Source: a candidate division WOR-3 bacterium (GTDB lineage: Bacteria; Hydrothermota; 32-111). From it: a stretch of DNA of 64,000 bases. The position numbers and the translations under genes are program-made. Of the stretch, positions 45,993-56,540 are shown in pieces. The DNA lies in the NCBI GenBank assembly GCA_039804105.1, contig JBDRZU010000001.1:640001-704000 (forward strand), written 5' to 3'. Numbering within the stretch: the stretch's first letter is position 1; every line of letters begins with the position of its first letter. Below the pieces are notes generated by a model. It did not search any database and was not told the origin of the DNA. It saw only the letters and a program-made list of their open reading frames with translations.

Positions 45993-47245
45993 TTCTTTTT
46001 CATTTCTTTCAAGATCTCTTGAGCAGCTTCATCGAGAACTTTTTTACTATCCTGATTACCTTTTATAGCATACTCAAGCGCGTTTCCAAGGTATTTTCTT
46101 CCGAGGTACCATAATCTATCCTGTGGCTCCATATAAGAATTTTCAAGTTGTAAATAGACGTCCTTCAGTCGAGGATACTCTTCAAATCTTTTTTTCAAAA
46201 GTTCTGAGTCCATTGCACTTTTTCTGACAGGTAAATAACCTGTTTTGTATGACCATAATGATTGTATTTCTGGAGAAGTAAAATATTTTATAAATTTAAC
46301 TGCTCCTTCTTTTTGTTTATAGGATGCTTTTTTAAACACGGCAACATTTGTTCCAGATATTACAACAGCTCTTTTATCTCCACCTGGTACAGGGGCAATT
46401 CCAAATTCAAACTCTGGTTTTGCTTCTTTGATGAATGATAAAGAAACTGTTGAACCATAAATGATAGCAACTTTTTTTGCAAGAAAATCATCCTGATGTT
46501 GGTACCCTGTTGTTATGTATCCACTTTTATCAAAGTTTATTATCCGCTTATCTATTTCTATCGCCTTTACACCGGCTGGAGAGTTAAATAATGGTTTCAT
46601 ATTCGAATCCACAAGTGCTCCATTGTATTGGAACAATCTGCATTCAAACATCCAGACATTAATATTGAAAGCTGTCCCATGTAAATCTACTTTACCATCT
46701 TTATCCAAATCGATCGTCAATTTTTTTGTAACAGCAATAAACTCTTCCCAATTTTCAGGAAACTTTTCGATAGAAAATTTTTTAAATATATCTTTGTTAT
46801 AAAAATATGCTGGAACAGATTTATTAAAAGGAAGGGATAAAAGTTTTCCATTGAAAGTGTTATCCTTGACAAAAATTTCAAAGAAATCATTTTGGATATC
46901 TTTTTTAAACTCTTCATCGATAAGTTCTTCGATCGGTTCAATAACCCCATTATTATAGAATTCACTTGTCCATGATTCATATACCTGAGATATTACAGGA
47001 GGATTTGACATTGATGCCATCAGTTTAGTTGATAATGCTTCATAAGTTCCAACGGAAATTGGAACTATTTTGTATTCTGGGTTCTTTATATTGAACGAAT
47101 CAACAATTTCCTTCAAAGCATCTCCAGCAGGCCCACCCATCACATGCCAGAAAGTAATCTCTGTAACATTCTTATCTTTTATATCGCATGAAAACAAAAA
47201 GAAAATTGTTAAGACAATCATTGTTGTGATTTTTATAAATTTCAT
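45989..47245 (-). CDS. ABC transporter sugar/G3P-binding lipoprotein (UgpB-like)
   Basis: Lipobox LFSC, ITFWH, LPFNKS...YNKD, TGYLP. Confidence 0.85.
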   Translation of the reverse strand: MKFIKITTMIVLTIFFLFSCDIKDKNVTEITFWHVMGGPAGDALKEIVDSFNIKNPEYKIVPISVGTYEALSTKLMASMSNPPVISQVYESWTSEFYNNGVIEPIEELIDEEFKKDIQNDFFEIFVKDNTFNGKLLSLPFNKSVPAYFYNKDIFKKFSIEKFPENWEEFIAVTKKLTIDLDKDGKVDLHGTAFNINVWMFECRLFQYNGALVDSNMKPLFNSPAGVKAIEIDKRIINFDKSGYITTGYQHQDDFLAKKVAIIYGSTVSLSFIKEAKPEFEFGIAPVPGGDKRAVVISGTNVAVFKKASYKQKEGAVKFIKYFTSPEIQSLWSYKTGYLPVRKSAMDSELLKKRFEEYPRLKDVYLQLENSYMEPQDRLWYLGRKYLGNALEYAIKGNQDSKKVLDEAAQEILKEMKKK

Positions 47246-47253
47246 AGATTCTC

Positions 47254-48315
47254 CTATTCATCAAGTGGTTTCAAAACGTATCCAAATTCAGTTTTCATAT
47301 AAAAAAATCTATCTACTATTTCTTCATCAATCCATTTAAGATCAACGAGTTCTCTTAAATTTTCAGGGTATTTTCGATACTGTAAAAAGAAAACAGTCAA
47401 AACGTTATCAATATTTTCCATCATATACCTATCTGTTGCTCTATACTTAACTACACGATAAGAAAAAACTTTTTTATAAAATCTTTTAGCAATAAAACCT
47501 GTTGATGTTAGAACCAAAATGAGAATCACTAGAATGATCCAGTTTACAACAACTTTTATATCGAATAGGGCTTTTTCTTTAACTTCTTTTGTCTCCTCTT
47601 CAACTTCTCTTTTTTTCGTCTTTTCTATAAGATTCATTTTTAAAAGGTTATAAACTGATTGGTATGTTAAAAATTTACCAAGCCCACTTATTTTTATTAG
47701 ATCACCAAGCGATTTTTCGGGTGAGATTAAATCAAGGACACTCTTTTCTTCTAAACCAATATTTTCAGGGATTTGAACATTATCAATTTTTTTAAAGTAA
47801 AGATCAGTTGTAGGCAAAACCGATTGAATATTTGGCCACTCATCCATTCTTCTCATACCTTCCATCATCAACGCTTGGGTATTGATACTGACTTTTACTA
47901 TCGAGTTTGGATACATTATCAAATCTTCAATAAATTCGTAAGTACCAGTATCCCAGGTAAAAAGTTCATCAAAAATTTCCTGGATTTTAAAATTTATTAT
48001 CTCCTTCAACTGCTCCTGATCTACATATTTTTCATCTATTAAAATCTTTTCGAGTGGAATCTTTGTTTCTCTATGCATTTCCAGAATTTTTTTATAATTT
48101 TCTAACGTTATCTTCCCGCTGTTCACAAGATATTCTTTTATCAATTCCTGAATCCCACCCCTCGTATAAACAGCACCATTAACATTCCCCTTGATAAAAC
48201 CTATTTCGATCTTGTCATTCTTTTTATTTAAAACCAAAACACCAGTTTTTTCAGTTTGAGCTATGAAACCTATAATATTAGGTAGATCATCTTTTGATCT
48301 TAATTCACCTTTCAT
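47254..48315 (-). CDS. DUF4388 (PatA-N-like) domain membrane protein
   Basis: MKGEL...LPNII..KTGVL, LFTWDTGTYEF, LMMEGMRRMDEW; C-terminal TM. Confidence 0.78.
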   Translation of the reverse strand: MKGELRSKDDLPNIIGFIAQTEKTGVLVLNKKNDKIEIGFIKGNVNGAVYTRGGIQELIKEYLVNSGKITLENYKKILEMHRETKIPLEKILIDEKYVDQEQLKEIINFKIQEIFDELFTWDTGTYEFIEDLIMYPNSIVKVSINTQALMMEGMRRMDEWPNIQSVLPTTDLYFKKIDNVQIPENIGLEEKSVLDLISPEKSLGDLIKISGLGKFLTYQSVYNLLKMNLIEKTKKREVEEETKEVKEKALFDIKVVVNWIILVILILVLTSTGFIAKRFYKKVFSYRVVKYRATDRYMMENIDNVLTVFFLQYRKYPENLRELVDLKWIDEEIVDRFFYMKTEFGYVLKPLDE

Positions 48316-50378
48316 TTTTCTTCCTTTATCGTTAAAAAGCTTATCAGATAAAATATTATGATCAAAAATACAAACAAAAATCTTATATCAAAAAATTTCA
48401 ATTCAAGAATTAAATCAGTATTTTTTCTTAGAAAAATATTTTGAGAAAATATAAAAATCAAAGAGATCAGGGAGAAAACCATTAAGATTCCACCTTTGAA
48501 ATAACGACCCTCATAAATCTTTCCAAACCCAGGGAATATTAAAGATAATATCTTTCTAACAAAATAATTCTTTTTCTTTTTTAATCTGACAAAAGATTCG
48601 AATTTTCTAATTTTCATTATATCAGATATTGTATCACTTATCGTTTTATAATCATCCAAACAAATATCTTTGTCATTATACTTTATTTTATCACCATTCG
48701 ATATAGGTGTATTACAAGTATAACATCTAAATATTCTAACCTTTTGGCTTGTTAAAAGGTTTAAAATTAAAGAAAGAACCAATGTAAAAAATGGGATTAT
48801 ATTAAAAAGATCGATCCTTAAACCCATCATAACCGGTGTATCCATAACATTTTTCTTTTTCAAAAATTCTTCATAGATAAATCTTTCAGGTATTTTGCAA
48901 TCTATTACAACCGTGTTGTAGAAATTTTCATCAGTATTCTCAAGAAATGTACTTATCAATTCATAGTTGAGTCTATTTGCCTTTTCAATATACTGGTTTG
49001 ATTCTTCAAGTCTTAAAAGTTTCAGATAAACCTGGCCAAGATTGAAATATGACTCTGCTATATCAGAATAAATTTGAATAGCTTTATTGTAATACTCGAT
49101 CGCTTTATTATAATAACCTTTTAAAAACATTATGTTTCCAAGGTTGTTATAGAGTTCAGGAAAACTCTCACCCTTTAAAAGTATTTTTGAATATTCACTT
49201 TCTGCTTCATCAAAAAAACCACCTTTTTTATAAAGTTTTCCCTTTGAGAACAGAAGAGCAGTATTATATGGTTGCTCTTCAAGTAATGAATTCAATTTGT
49301 TCAAAAGTTTGGTATTCCAATAAGAATTTTCAACTTTAAGAATTACACTTATGTTATCGTTAGGATTCAGGTGGCCAATTATATGTGATTCAATTCTGTA
49401 AATCAACGGTATAAAGAAAATCAAAAGTATAAGCACTGAAATGATGATCTTTTCTTTTTTCTCATAGAAAATAAAAACAAGGAATACAACATAGAAAAAC
49501 CATATAATTACATTTATCTGTAGTATTAAAGGTATCAAAAGTACAATCAAAGCAAGAAAAATTCTCTGTTTTGGCAACAATTTCCATTTAACATACCTCT
49601 TGTAAAAATAAAAGTATTTATCAAGATTTTTTATAGTAAAAATCAAAGTATAAAAAATAAAGATTAAAAGAATAAAATATCTTAAAAATTTCAAAATGTT
49701 AAAAAGAAAAACAAATTTTATAACATCATCCCTAAAATAATTCTTATATCTACTTAAAGCAAAACCAGTATACTCAAACCTTTTTTCTTTTAAACTCAAA
49801 TTCAAAATGTTATTAACTATCTGAAAATTGAATGGATCAAGTTTATTGGCGAGCAAAAGATTCGAAAACGCTTCATCAATATTTTTATTTCTATAATTTT
49901 CAATCGCCAAGATGTTCAAATACATTGAAATTTCTGGAAGTGAAGTAGCTCCCACCATATACTTGAGTTTTTCAAGTTGATCTAACTCATACTTTACATA
50001 GTTCTTCACAACATTCACCGAAAAAATTTGATACAATCTTAAATGTAGAAGATAATCAAGACCAGATTTTTCAGATGCTTTTTGAAAATAGAATGAAGCG
50101 GAGTCAATCTCTTTTTTATAATGGAATGTAAATCCATAAGCAAGGTATATGAAAGGATTTCTATCCCCATCCTGAAGGATTTCTCTATATTTCTCCCTCA
50201 TAAGATCAAAATCAATATCCGAAACAAGACCTTCTCCCCTTAACACTTTACCATAAGCGGGGAAAATATCAAAAGCTTCATTCTCAAGAATTATAACCTG
50301 TTTGAAAATATCATTAACTTCTTGAGAAAAGATTAAAATAGAAACCGATAGGAGAAAAATAAAAACTAACTTCTTCAT
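48312..50378 (-). CDS. Polytopic membrane protein with TPR repeats and a CxxC motif
   Basis: Signal peptide, TM clusters, YNNLGN..YYNKAI and YFNLGQVY TPRs, CYTC, LIFPGFGKIY.G. Confidence 0.75.
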   Translation of the reverse strand: MKKLVFIFLLSVSILIFSQEVNDIFKQVIILENEAFDIFPAYGKVLRGEGLVSDIDFDLMREKYREILQDGDRNPFIYLAYGFTFHYKKEIDSASFYFQKASEKSGLDYLLHLRLYQIFSVNVVKNYVKYELDQLEKLKYMVGATSLPEISMYLNILAIENYRNKNIDEAFSNLLLANKLDPFNFQIVNNILNLSLKEKRFEYTGFALSRYKNYFRDDVIKFVFLFNILKFLRYFILLIFIFYTLIFTIKNLDKYFYFYKRYVKWKLLPKQRIFLALIVLLIPLILQINVIIWFFYVVFLVFIFYEKKEKIIISVLILLIFFIPLIYRIESHIIGHLNPNDNISVILKVENSYWNTKLLNKLNSLLEEQPYNTALLFSKGKLYKKGGFFDEAESEYSKILLKGESFPELYNNLGNIMFLKGYYNKAIEYYNKAIQIYSDIAESYFNLGQVYLKLLRLEESNQYIEKANRLNYELISTFLENTDENFYNTVVIDCKIPERFIYEEFLKKKNVMDTPVMMGLRIDLFNIIPFFTLVLSLILNLLTSQKVRIFRCYTCNTPISNGDKIKYNDKDICLDDYKTISDTISDIMKIRKFESFVRLKKKKNYFVRKILSLIFPGFGKIYEGRYFKGGILMVFSLISLIFIFSQNIFLRKNTDLILELKFFDIRFLFVFLIIIFYLISFLTIKEEK

Positions 50379-50578
50379 TTTTTAAAAATTGCAAGAGGTA
50401 TTAAAATTATATATCCTATTGTTAAAAGAACTGGTGCAAACTTTAAATCACCTTTTGATAGAAGAAAATATCCTAAAAACATGGATATCAAAGATAAAAT
50501 GAAGATCAAGATACTCAGTTTTGAAAATTTAATTCCCTCGGTATCTTTTTTTACTACATCATTCTTCTCTTTCATCAA
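50375..50578 (-). CDS. Small 2-TM membrane protein, DUF3098-like
   Basis: LGYFLL...APVLLTIGY..IPLAI pattern; overlaps the genes on both sides. Confidence 0.6.
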   Translation of the reverse strand: MMKEKNDVVKKDTEGIKFSKLSILIFILSLISMFLGYFLLSKGDLKFAPVLLTIGYIILIPLAIFKK

Positions 50579-52227
50579 AACTCCTTTTTTACAAAATTTG
50601 AATTTTTTATATAGTACACATCAAAATTCAATCTATTCTTTTTGAAAGAAATTTTTCCAGAAACACCCTTATAATCTTGAACATTCTTCACATAATCGTT
50701 TATACCTTTTCGGTCCTTAACTCCACTTTTGAGTAAACCAGATAGAAACTTAAACAGATCATAAGAAAGTATAGCAAATCTATCTGGTTCTTCGTTGTAT
50801 TTATTGTAGTAATTAAGTTTGAAATTTTGAAGACCGGAGGAGAAATCATCAGCAACTCTTGGATAAATTATATAAGTTTTTTTTAAGTAATCTTTTGCAA
50901 GCCTTATAAGGTTATCATTGTACCATAGAGATGAACCATACAAATAACAGTTAATATCTTTAAAAGCTAACTGTGTGGTTAAAAGTATAGCATCCTCATA
51001 ATTCGTTGGAAGATATATAGCATCAAAATTCATTTTTTTTATCAAATCGATCTTTTCAATAAAGTCCTGTGTTCCAGGGCTATAAACTATATCAAAAACT
51101 ATATTGATTCCCAACTTTTTAGATTCTCTTTTAAAAGCACTACTCATACTTTTTCCAAAAGAATCATCAGGGTATATGATACCTACATTTTTAAGGGTTG
51201 AATCCTTTTTTATAATTTGAGCAGTAAAAATAGCTTCTTCAATGAGGGTTCTGTTTAAAAGGAATATATTATCTTCAAAATTCAGCAAATCTCCATCAGT
51301 TGCTGTTGGTGTAAAAACTGGCAGAATTTTTCCGTTGAAAAGATACGATCCCACAATAGCTGTTTCTTGACTCGTAAGCGGCCCTATCACGGCAACATAA
51401 CTCTTATCTTTGAATATTGAGTCAATCAAAAGAACAGTTTTAAAATTACTTCCCTCAGTATCGAAAACATTAATAACAATATTTTCATCTTCATTTGCTA
51501 TTGCACACCCTCTCAGTATCTGTTCTCCAAATCTTGCCATATCACCTGTTAACTGTAAAAGTAAGGCTATCTTTATTTTTGATTGTTTCGTTTCCTTTAT
51601 TCCGAACAACTCTTTTTTTGTTTCCTCAGATTCTGGATATTCCTTTATTAATTTTTGTTTGTAAACTTCAGATTTGTCAAGATCACCTTTTTCTTTATAG
51701 ATCTTATACAATGTTAACAGTACCAAAGGATTTATATAATCATCACTAAAATTATAGTAGATATATTCAAGTTCTGATTCATTTAAATAACTCTTTATAA
51801 GATTCTGTAGATTTTTCAAAGCATTATTTTTATTGGGAGAATTTTCGTTTGTGAATTTAAAAACTTCATAAATCCATTTGAAAGATTCAAAATAAAGTTT
51901 TTTGTTTATATAAGTGTTCGCCATCTCTACTCTGATATTGTTTGTTACAGAATCAAAAGGGAATCTTTCAGAAAGAAACTCAGCATAGGTTACTTTATTT
52001 GTAAAATATTGTGAATGGCTTTTTCTTATAAAACTAACCACTAAATCTTTCGTTCTTATATTTTCAGGATAGTTGGTTATAAAAAGATCGATTATCTTTA
52101 CACTATTTTCAAAATCATTGTTTTCAAGAAATTTTTTCCCATCAAGATAAAGTTTATCAATATCCTGTGAAAAGAGCATGAAAAAAAATAAAAAGAAAAA
52201 TAAAAGATTAACTATTTTTAATCTCAT
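50575..52227 (-). CDS. LpoA/LppC-like periplasmic protein (TPR N-domain plus type 1 periplasmic-binding fold)
   Basis: Signal peptide, TPR-like helices, IALLLQLTG, VIGPLTS, YD, YKGVSGKISF. Confidence 0.72.
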   Translation of the reverse strand: MRLKIVNLLFFFLFFFMLFSQDIDKLYLDGKKFLENNDFENSVKIIDLFITNYPENIRTKDLVVSFIRKSHSQYFTNKVTYAEFLSERFPFDSVTNNIRVEMANTYINKKLYFESFKWIYEVFKFTNENSPNKNNALKNLQNLIKSYLNESELEYIYYNFSDDYINPLVLLTLYKIYKEKGDLDKSEVYKQKLIKEYPESEETKKELFGIKETKQSKIKIALLLQLTGDMARFGEQILRGCAIANEDENIVINVFDTEGSNFKTVLLIDSIFKDKSYVAVIGPLTSQETAIVGSYLFNGKILPVFTPTATDGDLLNFEDNIFLLNRTLIEEAIFTAQIIKKDSTLKNVGIIYPDDSFGKSMSSAFKRESKKLGINIVFDIVYSPGTQDFIEKIDLIKKMNFDAIYLPTNYEDAILLTTQLAFKDINCYLYGSSLWYNDNLIRLAKDYLKKTYIIYPRVADDFSSGLQNFKLNYYNKYNEEPDRFAILSYDLFKFLSGLLKSGVKDRKGINDYVKNVQDYKGVSGKISFKKNRLNFDVYYIKNSNFVKKEF

Positions 52228-52627
52228 AGGTATAACTCACATCACAACTTTTTTTTAACATTGCAGAAACAGAACAGTACTTGTTAAAAGACAGTTCAAT
52301 AGCTCTCTCTACTTTGTCCTTTTCAAGATTCTCACCCTCAAAAAAATATTGTATATTGATTTTTGTGTAAACTTTTGGATGTTCGTCTGCTCTTTCCCCG
52401 GACACGGTTAATTTAAAATTTTTAACATTTTGTCTCATCTTTTTTAATATGGATATAACATCCATTCCCGTACATCCTGCAAGTGATACCAACACAAGTT
52501 CCATAGGAGAAAAAAAATTTTTCATCACCTCTTCATCTTCTGATGAATTCATTATTATCTCGCTGGTTCCTTTTTTCGATACAAATTTTAAATCCTCTTT
52601 CCATTCTATATTAACAGTTTTTTTCAT
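52208..52627 (-). CDS. OsmC/YhfA family protein
   Basis: SPMELVL..LAGCTGMDV, LS..KYCSVS. Confidence 0.9.
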   Translation of the reverse strand: MKKTVNIEWKEDLKFVSKKGTSEIIMNSSEDEEVMKNFFSPMELVLVSLAGCTGMDVISILKKMRQNVKNFKLTVSGERADEHPKVYTKINIQYFFEGENLEKDKVERAIELSFNKYCSVSAMLKKSCDVSYTYEIKNS

Positions 52628-53112
52628 TTTTTCTCCTTATTTTCAATTATTTTTATATTATAGTTAAATTTTTCTTCAGGTTCAAGATAATCTACTATTA
52701 AAATTCCATTGATATGGTCAACCTCATGCTGGATAGCTCTTGCATATATACCATCAAAAGTGTTTTCTTTTGGATTACCATTCTCATCAAAGTATTTAAC
52801 CTTTACAGATTTACTCCTTGAGATGTTTACATTTAGGTCAATAAAAGATAAACAACCTTCCATCATCTTTTCCTTTTCTTCTGAAAACCATGTTATTACA
52901 GGGTTAACCATTACATAAATTTCTTTTTCATCTCCAATGAGTATGATCCTTTTGGTTATACCTATCTGGTTTGCAGCAAGACCAATGCCTTCCTCCAAAA
53001 GCATTCCTTCCTTCATCGCATTGATTATATTTTTCAATGTCTTATCAAAAGTTTTTATCTCTTCAGATTTTATCCTCAATACAGGGTCAGGATATTTCCT
53101 TATTTTTTTCAT
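52624..53112 (-). CDS. def: Peptide deformylase
   Basis: GIGLAANQIG, EGCLS, QHEVDH. Confidence 0.96.
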   Translation of the reverse strand: MKKIRKYPDPVLRIKSEEIKTFDKTLKNIINAMKEGMLLEEGIGLAANQIGITKRIILIGDEKEIYVMVNPVITWFSEEKEKMMEGCLSFIDLNVNISRSKSVKVKYFDENGNPKENTFDGIYARAIQHEVDHINGILIVDYLEPEEKFNYNIKIIENKEKK

Positions 53113-54829
53113 CGTATACCACCTTTATTCCAACTTCTTTTAACTGTTTCTCAGAAACATAATCTGGAGTATTTTCCATCAATCCAATCCCATTCAATGT
53201 TTTAGGAAAAGCGATAACATCTCTTATATTTTCCTTTTTCAACAGAAGAGAAACTAACCTATCAATACCTGGTGCTATTCCTCCATGTGGAGGGGCTCCA
53301 TATTTAAACGCTTCAAGTAAAAATCCAAATTTTGATTCAAGTTCTTCCTCACTCATTCCGATTATTTTCATAATCTCTTTTTGAATGTTTCTATCATGAA
53401 TCCTGATACTCCCGGAAGCAAGTTCAACACCGTTACATACAAGGTCATAAGTATCAGCTCTCACTCTCAATGGATCTTTTGATAATAACTCAAGATGTTC
53501 CTTTTTGGGCATAGTGAACATATGATGACATGCGATATATCTTTTTTCTTCTTCATCATATTCAAAGAGAGGAAAATCAACAACCCACAAAAAGTTAAAC
53601 TCTTTCTCATCGAAGAGATTTTTTAAAGAAGCCAATTTTTTCCTTAACATTCCAAGATACTCAAGTGTTCTTTTCTTTTTTCCACTTATAAAGAGTATAG
53701 TCCCCTTTTGAATTCCAAAAAGATTCTGATTAAAATATTTTGATACGGACCCAGACATCGTCGAACCATCAATTTTTAAATATGCAATTCCATTTCCACC
53801 AGTCGATTTTATAAAATCGTTCAAAATGTCTATCTCTTTCCTTGTGATCTCATTTTCAAAAACTATTCCTCCAGTAAATTCGGAATCGGTGAAGACCTTA
53901 AAATCTGTTTTTTTAACTATGTCAGTATAATCTTTTATGGAAAGATCGAATCTCAGATCAGGTTTATCTGTTCCATATTTTTCAAAAACTTCATCATAGG
54001 TCAACCTTTTAAAAGGTATTGTAACCTCCATGTTGAAAATCTCTTTAAATATTTTATGTATCAATCTTTCTATCAATGAAAGTATATCATCCCTTTCGAT
54101 AAAAGACATTTCGATATCAAGTTGCGTAAATTCTGGCTGTCTATCTGCTCTTTGATCCTCATCTCTAAAACATCTTGCAATCTGAAAATATCTATCAAAT
54201 CCAGCAACCATTAAGAGTTGTTTATATATTTGAGGTGATTGAACGAGAGCATAAAATTTCCCCTTATGGATCCTCGATGGAACGAGAAAATCCCTTGCAC
54301 CTTCAGGTGTAGATTTTGACATTATAGGTGTTTCGATCTCCACAAAACCTTCCTCAAACAAAAAGTTTCTGATCGTTTTTATAATTTCAGATCGTTTTAT
54401 GATCGTTTCTTTCATGCAATTTCTTCTCAGATCAAGGTATCTATATTTCAACCTGAGTTCTTCTCCCGCTTTGACATCATCTTCTAAAACGAAAGGTAAA
54501 ACCTCAGATTTGTTGATCAATTTTAAATCCTTCAAATCAACCTCTATCTCTCCAGTTTTCATTTCTTTGTTTATCATATTATCAGGTCTTTTCTTTACAA
54601 CACCTGTTATCTGTATCACATCTTCGCTTCTCAACTCTTTCACTTTTAATATTAGATCCTTTTTATCCGTGAAGATTTGAACAACTCCACTTCTATCCCT
54701 GAGATCTATAAAAACTATGTTACCATGATCCCTTACTCTGTTGACCCAACCGATCAGTTTAATCTCTTTTTCTAAAAATTCTGAATTTACAAATCCACAC
54801 ATCGAGGTTCTTAATGAAGTATTAAACAT
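53087..54829 (-). CDS. aspS: Aspartyl-tRNA synthetase
   Basis: RYRYLDLR, STPEGARDF, QSPQ.YKQ, RDED.RADRQPEFTQLD, GAPPHGG. Confidence 0.97.
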   Translation of the reverse strand: MFNTSLRTSMCGFVNSEFLEKEIKLIGWVNRVRDHGNIVFIDLRDRSGVVQIFTDKKDLILKVKELRSEDVIQITGVVKKRPDNMINKEMKTGEIEVDLKDLKLINKSEVLPFVLEDDVKAGEELRLKYRYLDLRRNCMKETIIKRSEIIKTIRNFLFEEGFVEIETPIMSKSTPEGARDFLVPSRIHKGKFYALVQSPQIYKQLLMVAGFDRYFQIARCFRDEDQRADRQPEFTQLDIEMSFIERDDILSLIERLIHKIFKEIFNMEVTIPFKRLTYDEVFEKYGTDKPDLRFDLSIKDYTDIVKKTDFKVFTDSEFTGGIVFENEITRKEIDILNDFIKSTGGNGIAYLKIDGSTMSGSVSKYFNQNLFGIQKGTILFISGKKKRTLEYLGMLRKKLASLKNLFDEKEFNFLWVVDFPLFEYDEEEKRYIACHHMFTMPKKEHLELLSKDPLRVRADTYDLVCNGVELASGSIRIHDRNIQKEIMKIIGMSEEELESKFGFLLEAFKYGAPPHGGIAPGIDRLVSLLLKKENIRDVIAFPKTLNGIGLMENTPDYVSEKQLKEVGIKVVYDEKNKEIS

Positions 54830-56098
54830 TTATTCTCCATTTTTAATCTCATTTAATAGATCTTCCAAATTTAATGGGATCTCTTTCTGAACACCATTTT
54901 TCATGTTTTTTAAAGATACCTTTCCCCTTGACATCTCTTCCTCTCCAAAAATCAAAACATATTTTGCTTTCTTTTTTGAAGCCAGACCTATCAGTTTGCT
55001 TATTCTTCCCTCATTAAAAGATATTTCTGATCTTATACCTTTTTCTCTCAAATCTTTTAAAACATTCAATCCTTTTTCATAAGTATCTTTTCCAAAATGA
55101 ATTATAAAAACTTCTATTGAATTTTCTTCAATTATTTTTTCTTTTATTTCCTCTGAAATTGAGAGTAATAACCTTTCAACTCCACCTGCAAAACCAACAC
55201 CAACAATTTCCTTTTTAAATATTTCATCTTTTTTATATCTGTATCTTCCACCACCTATCAAGGTTGACTGGGAGCCCAATTTCCCACCTGTCTCAACAAA
55301 CTCGAATACATTTTTTTCGTAATAGTCAAGCCCTCTGACAATATTTGAATCAACCACAAATTCAATTCCATTTTTCGTGAGATAATTTTTCAGTTCTTCA
55401 AAATCCTTTTTACAATCTTCACATAAATTATCTATAATCTTAGGACCTCTTGATGTTACATTTTTACACTTTTCATTTTTACAATCGAAAACTCTTAAAG
55501 GATTCGTTTCGACTCTTCTTTTGCAATCTTCACAGAGATTATCTTTCTCATTTCTTAAAAAATTTTTTAGAATTTCAAGATAAGGTTTTCTGCATATTTC
55601 ACACCCAATGTTGTTCAGATGAAGAGAATATTCCACTTTAAAACTCATTAAAATATTTTTAGCTATTGTAATAACTTCTCCATCCATCTCACTTTTAAAA
55701 TCACCGATAGATTCACATCCATATTGATAAAATTCCCTTAACCTTCCCTTTTGAGGTCTTTCATGTCTGAAAATTTTTGTAAAATAGAAAAATTTTGTAA
55801 AAACCGATGAATCCAAAATGTTTTTTTCAGATAGCCCAGCGATAAGTGGTGCAGTTTCTTCAGCTTTCAAAACTATTTTCTGAGAAGTTGAAACAACTTC
55901 AAACATCTCTTTTTTGACTATATCACTTTCAACACCTATTGTTCTTTTAAATATCTCTTCAGGTTGAAGTATGGATGATTCAACGAATATATAACCAAAA
56001 GATTCAAATACTTTTTCAATGGTTTTTTTTAAACCATAGAAAAGTAAAGATTCTTCAGGTAGAACATCATAAGTTCCCTTAATCTTTTCAAATCCCAT
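54830..56098 (-). CDS. hisS: Histidyl-tRNA synthetase
   Basis: FRHERPQKGR.REFYQ, VRGLDYY, GGGRY, GFAGGVER. Confidence 0.96.
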   Translation of the reverse strand: MGFEKIKGTYDVLPEESLLFYGLKKTIEKVFESFGYIFVESSILQPEEIFKRTIGVESDIVKKEMFEVVSTSQKIVLKAEETAPLIAGLSEKNILDSSVFTKFFYFTKIFRHERPQKGRLREFYQYGCESIGDFKSEMDGEVITIAKNILMSFKVEYSLHLNNIGCEICRKPYLEILKNFLRNEKDNLCEDCKRRVETNPLRVFDCKNEKCKNVTSRGPKIIDNLCEDCKKDFEELKNYLTKNGIEFVVDSNIVRGLDYYEKNVFEFVETGGKLGSQSTLIGGGRYRYKKDEIFKKEIVGVGFAGGVERLLLSISEEIKEKIIEENSIEVFIIHFGKDTYEKGLNVLKDLREKGIRSEISFNEGRISKLIGLASKKKAKYVLIFGEEEMSRGKVSLKNMKNGVQKEIPLNLEDLLNEIKNGE

Positions 56099-56540
56099 CT
56101 GTCCTCAACTTTTTATCTTTTAGTATTACATATATCAAAATAACTCCCGAGATATTTGCAAAGAGATCGAACAGAGAGCAACCTCTGTTTTTCAAAAATA
56201 TCTGATGCAGTTCATCAAACATCCCTATCAAAAATACTACTAAAAAAGTTAACCTTATGTTGAAGTTAAAACCTTTGTTCAAATCTTTTTTGGCAGCCAA
56301 AAAAACTAAAACTGCCAAAATAAAATATTGAAGAAAATGATATATTTTGTCAAGATTTAATGCAAGTATTTTGTAAAAAACTCCTTCTTTTGCAATAAAA
56401 AATTTTCTCAAATTAAAAAATATTCTCTTTAAAAAATTTCCTTTATCATACTCATCATTAAAATTCATAGATCCCACAATAAATATAAAGATTGTCCATA
56501 AGGATGGAGGTAACCAGTGCAGAATTCTTTTAAGTTTCAA
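56088..56540 (-). CDS. VanZ-family membrane protein
   Basis: DKIYHFLQY..L, DELHQ.F...R, DLFAN..G. Confidence 0.85.
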   Translation of the reverse strand: MKLKRILHWLPPSLWTIFIFIVGSMNFNDEYDKGNFLKRIFFNLRKFFIAKEGVFYKILALNLDKIYHFLQYFILAVLVFLAAKKDLNKGFNFNIRLTFLVVFLIGMFDELHQIFLKNRGCSLFDLFANISGVILIYVILKDKKLRTDGI

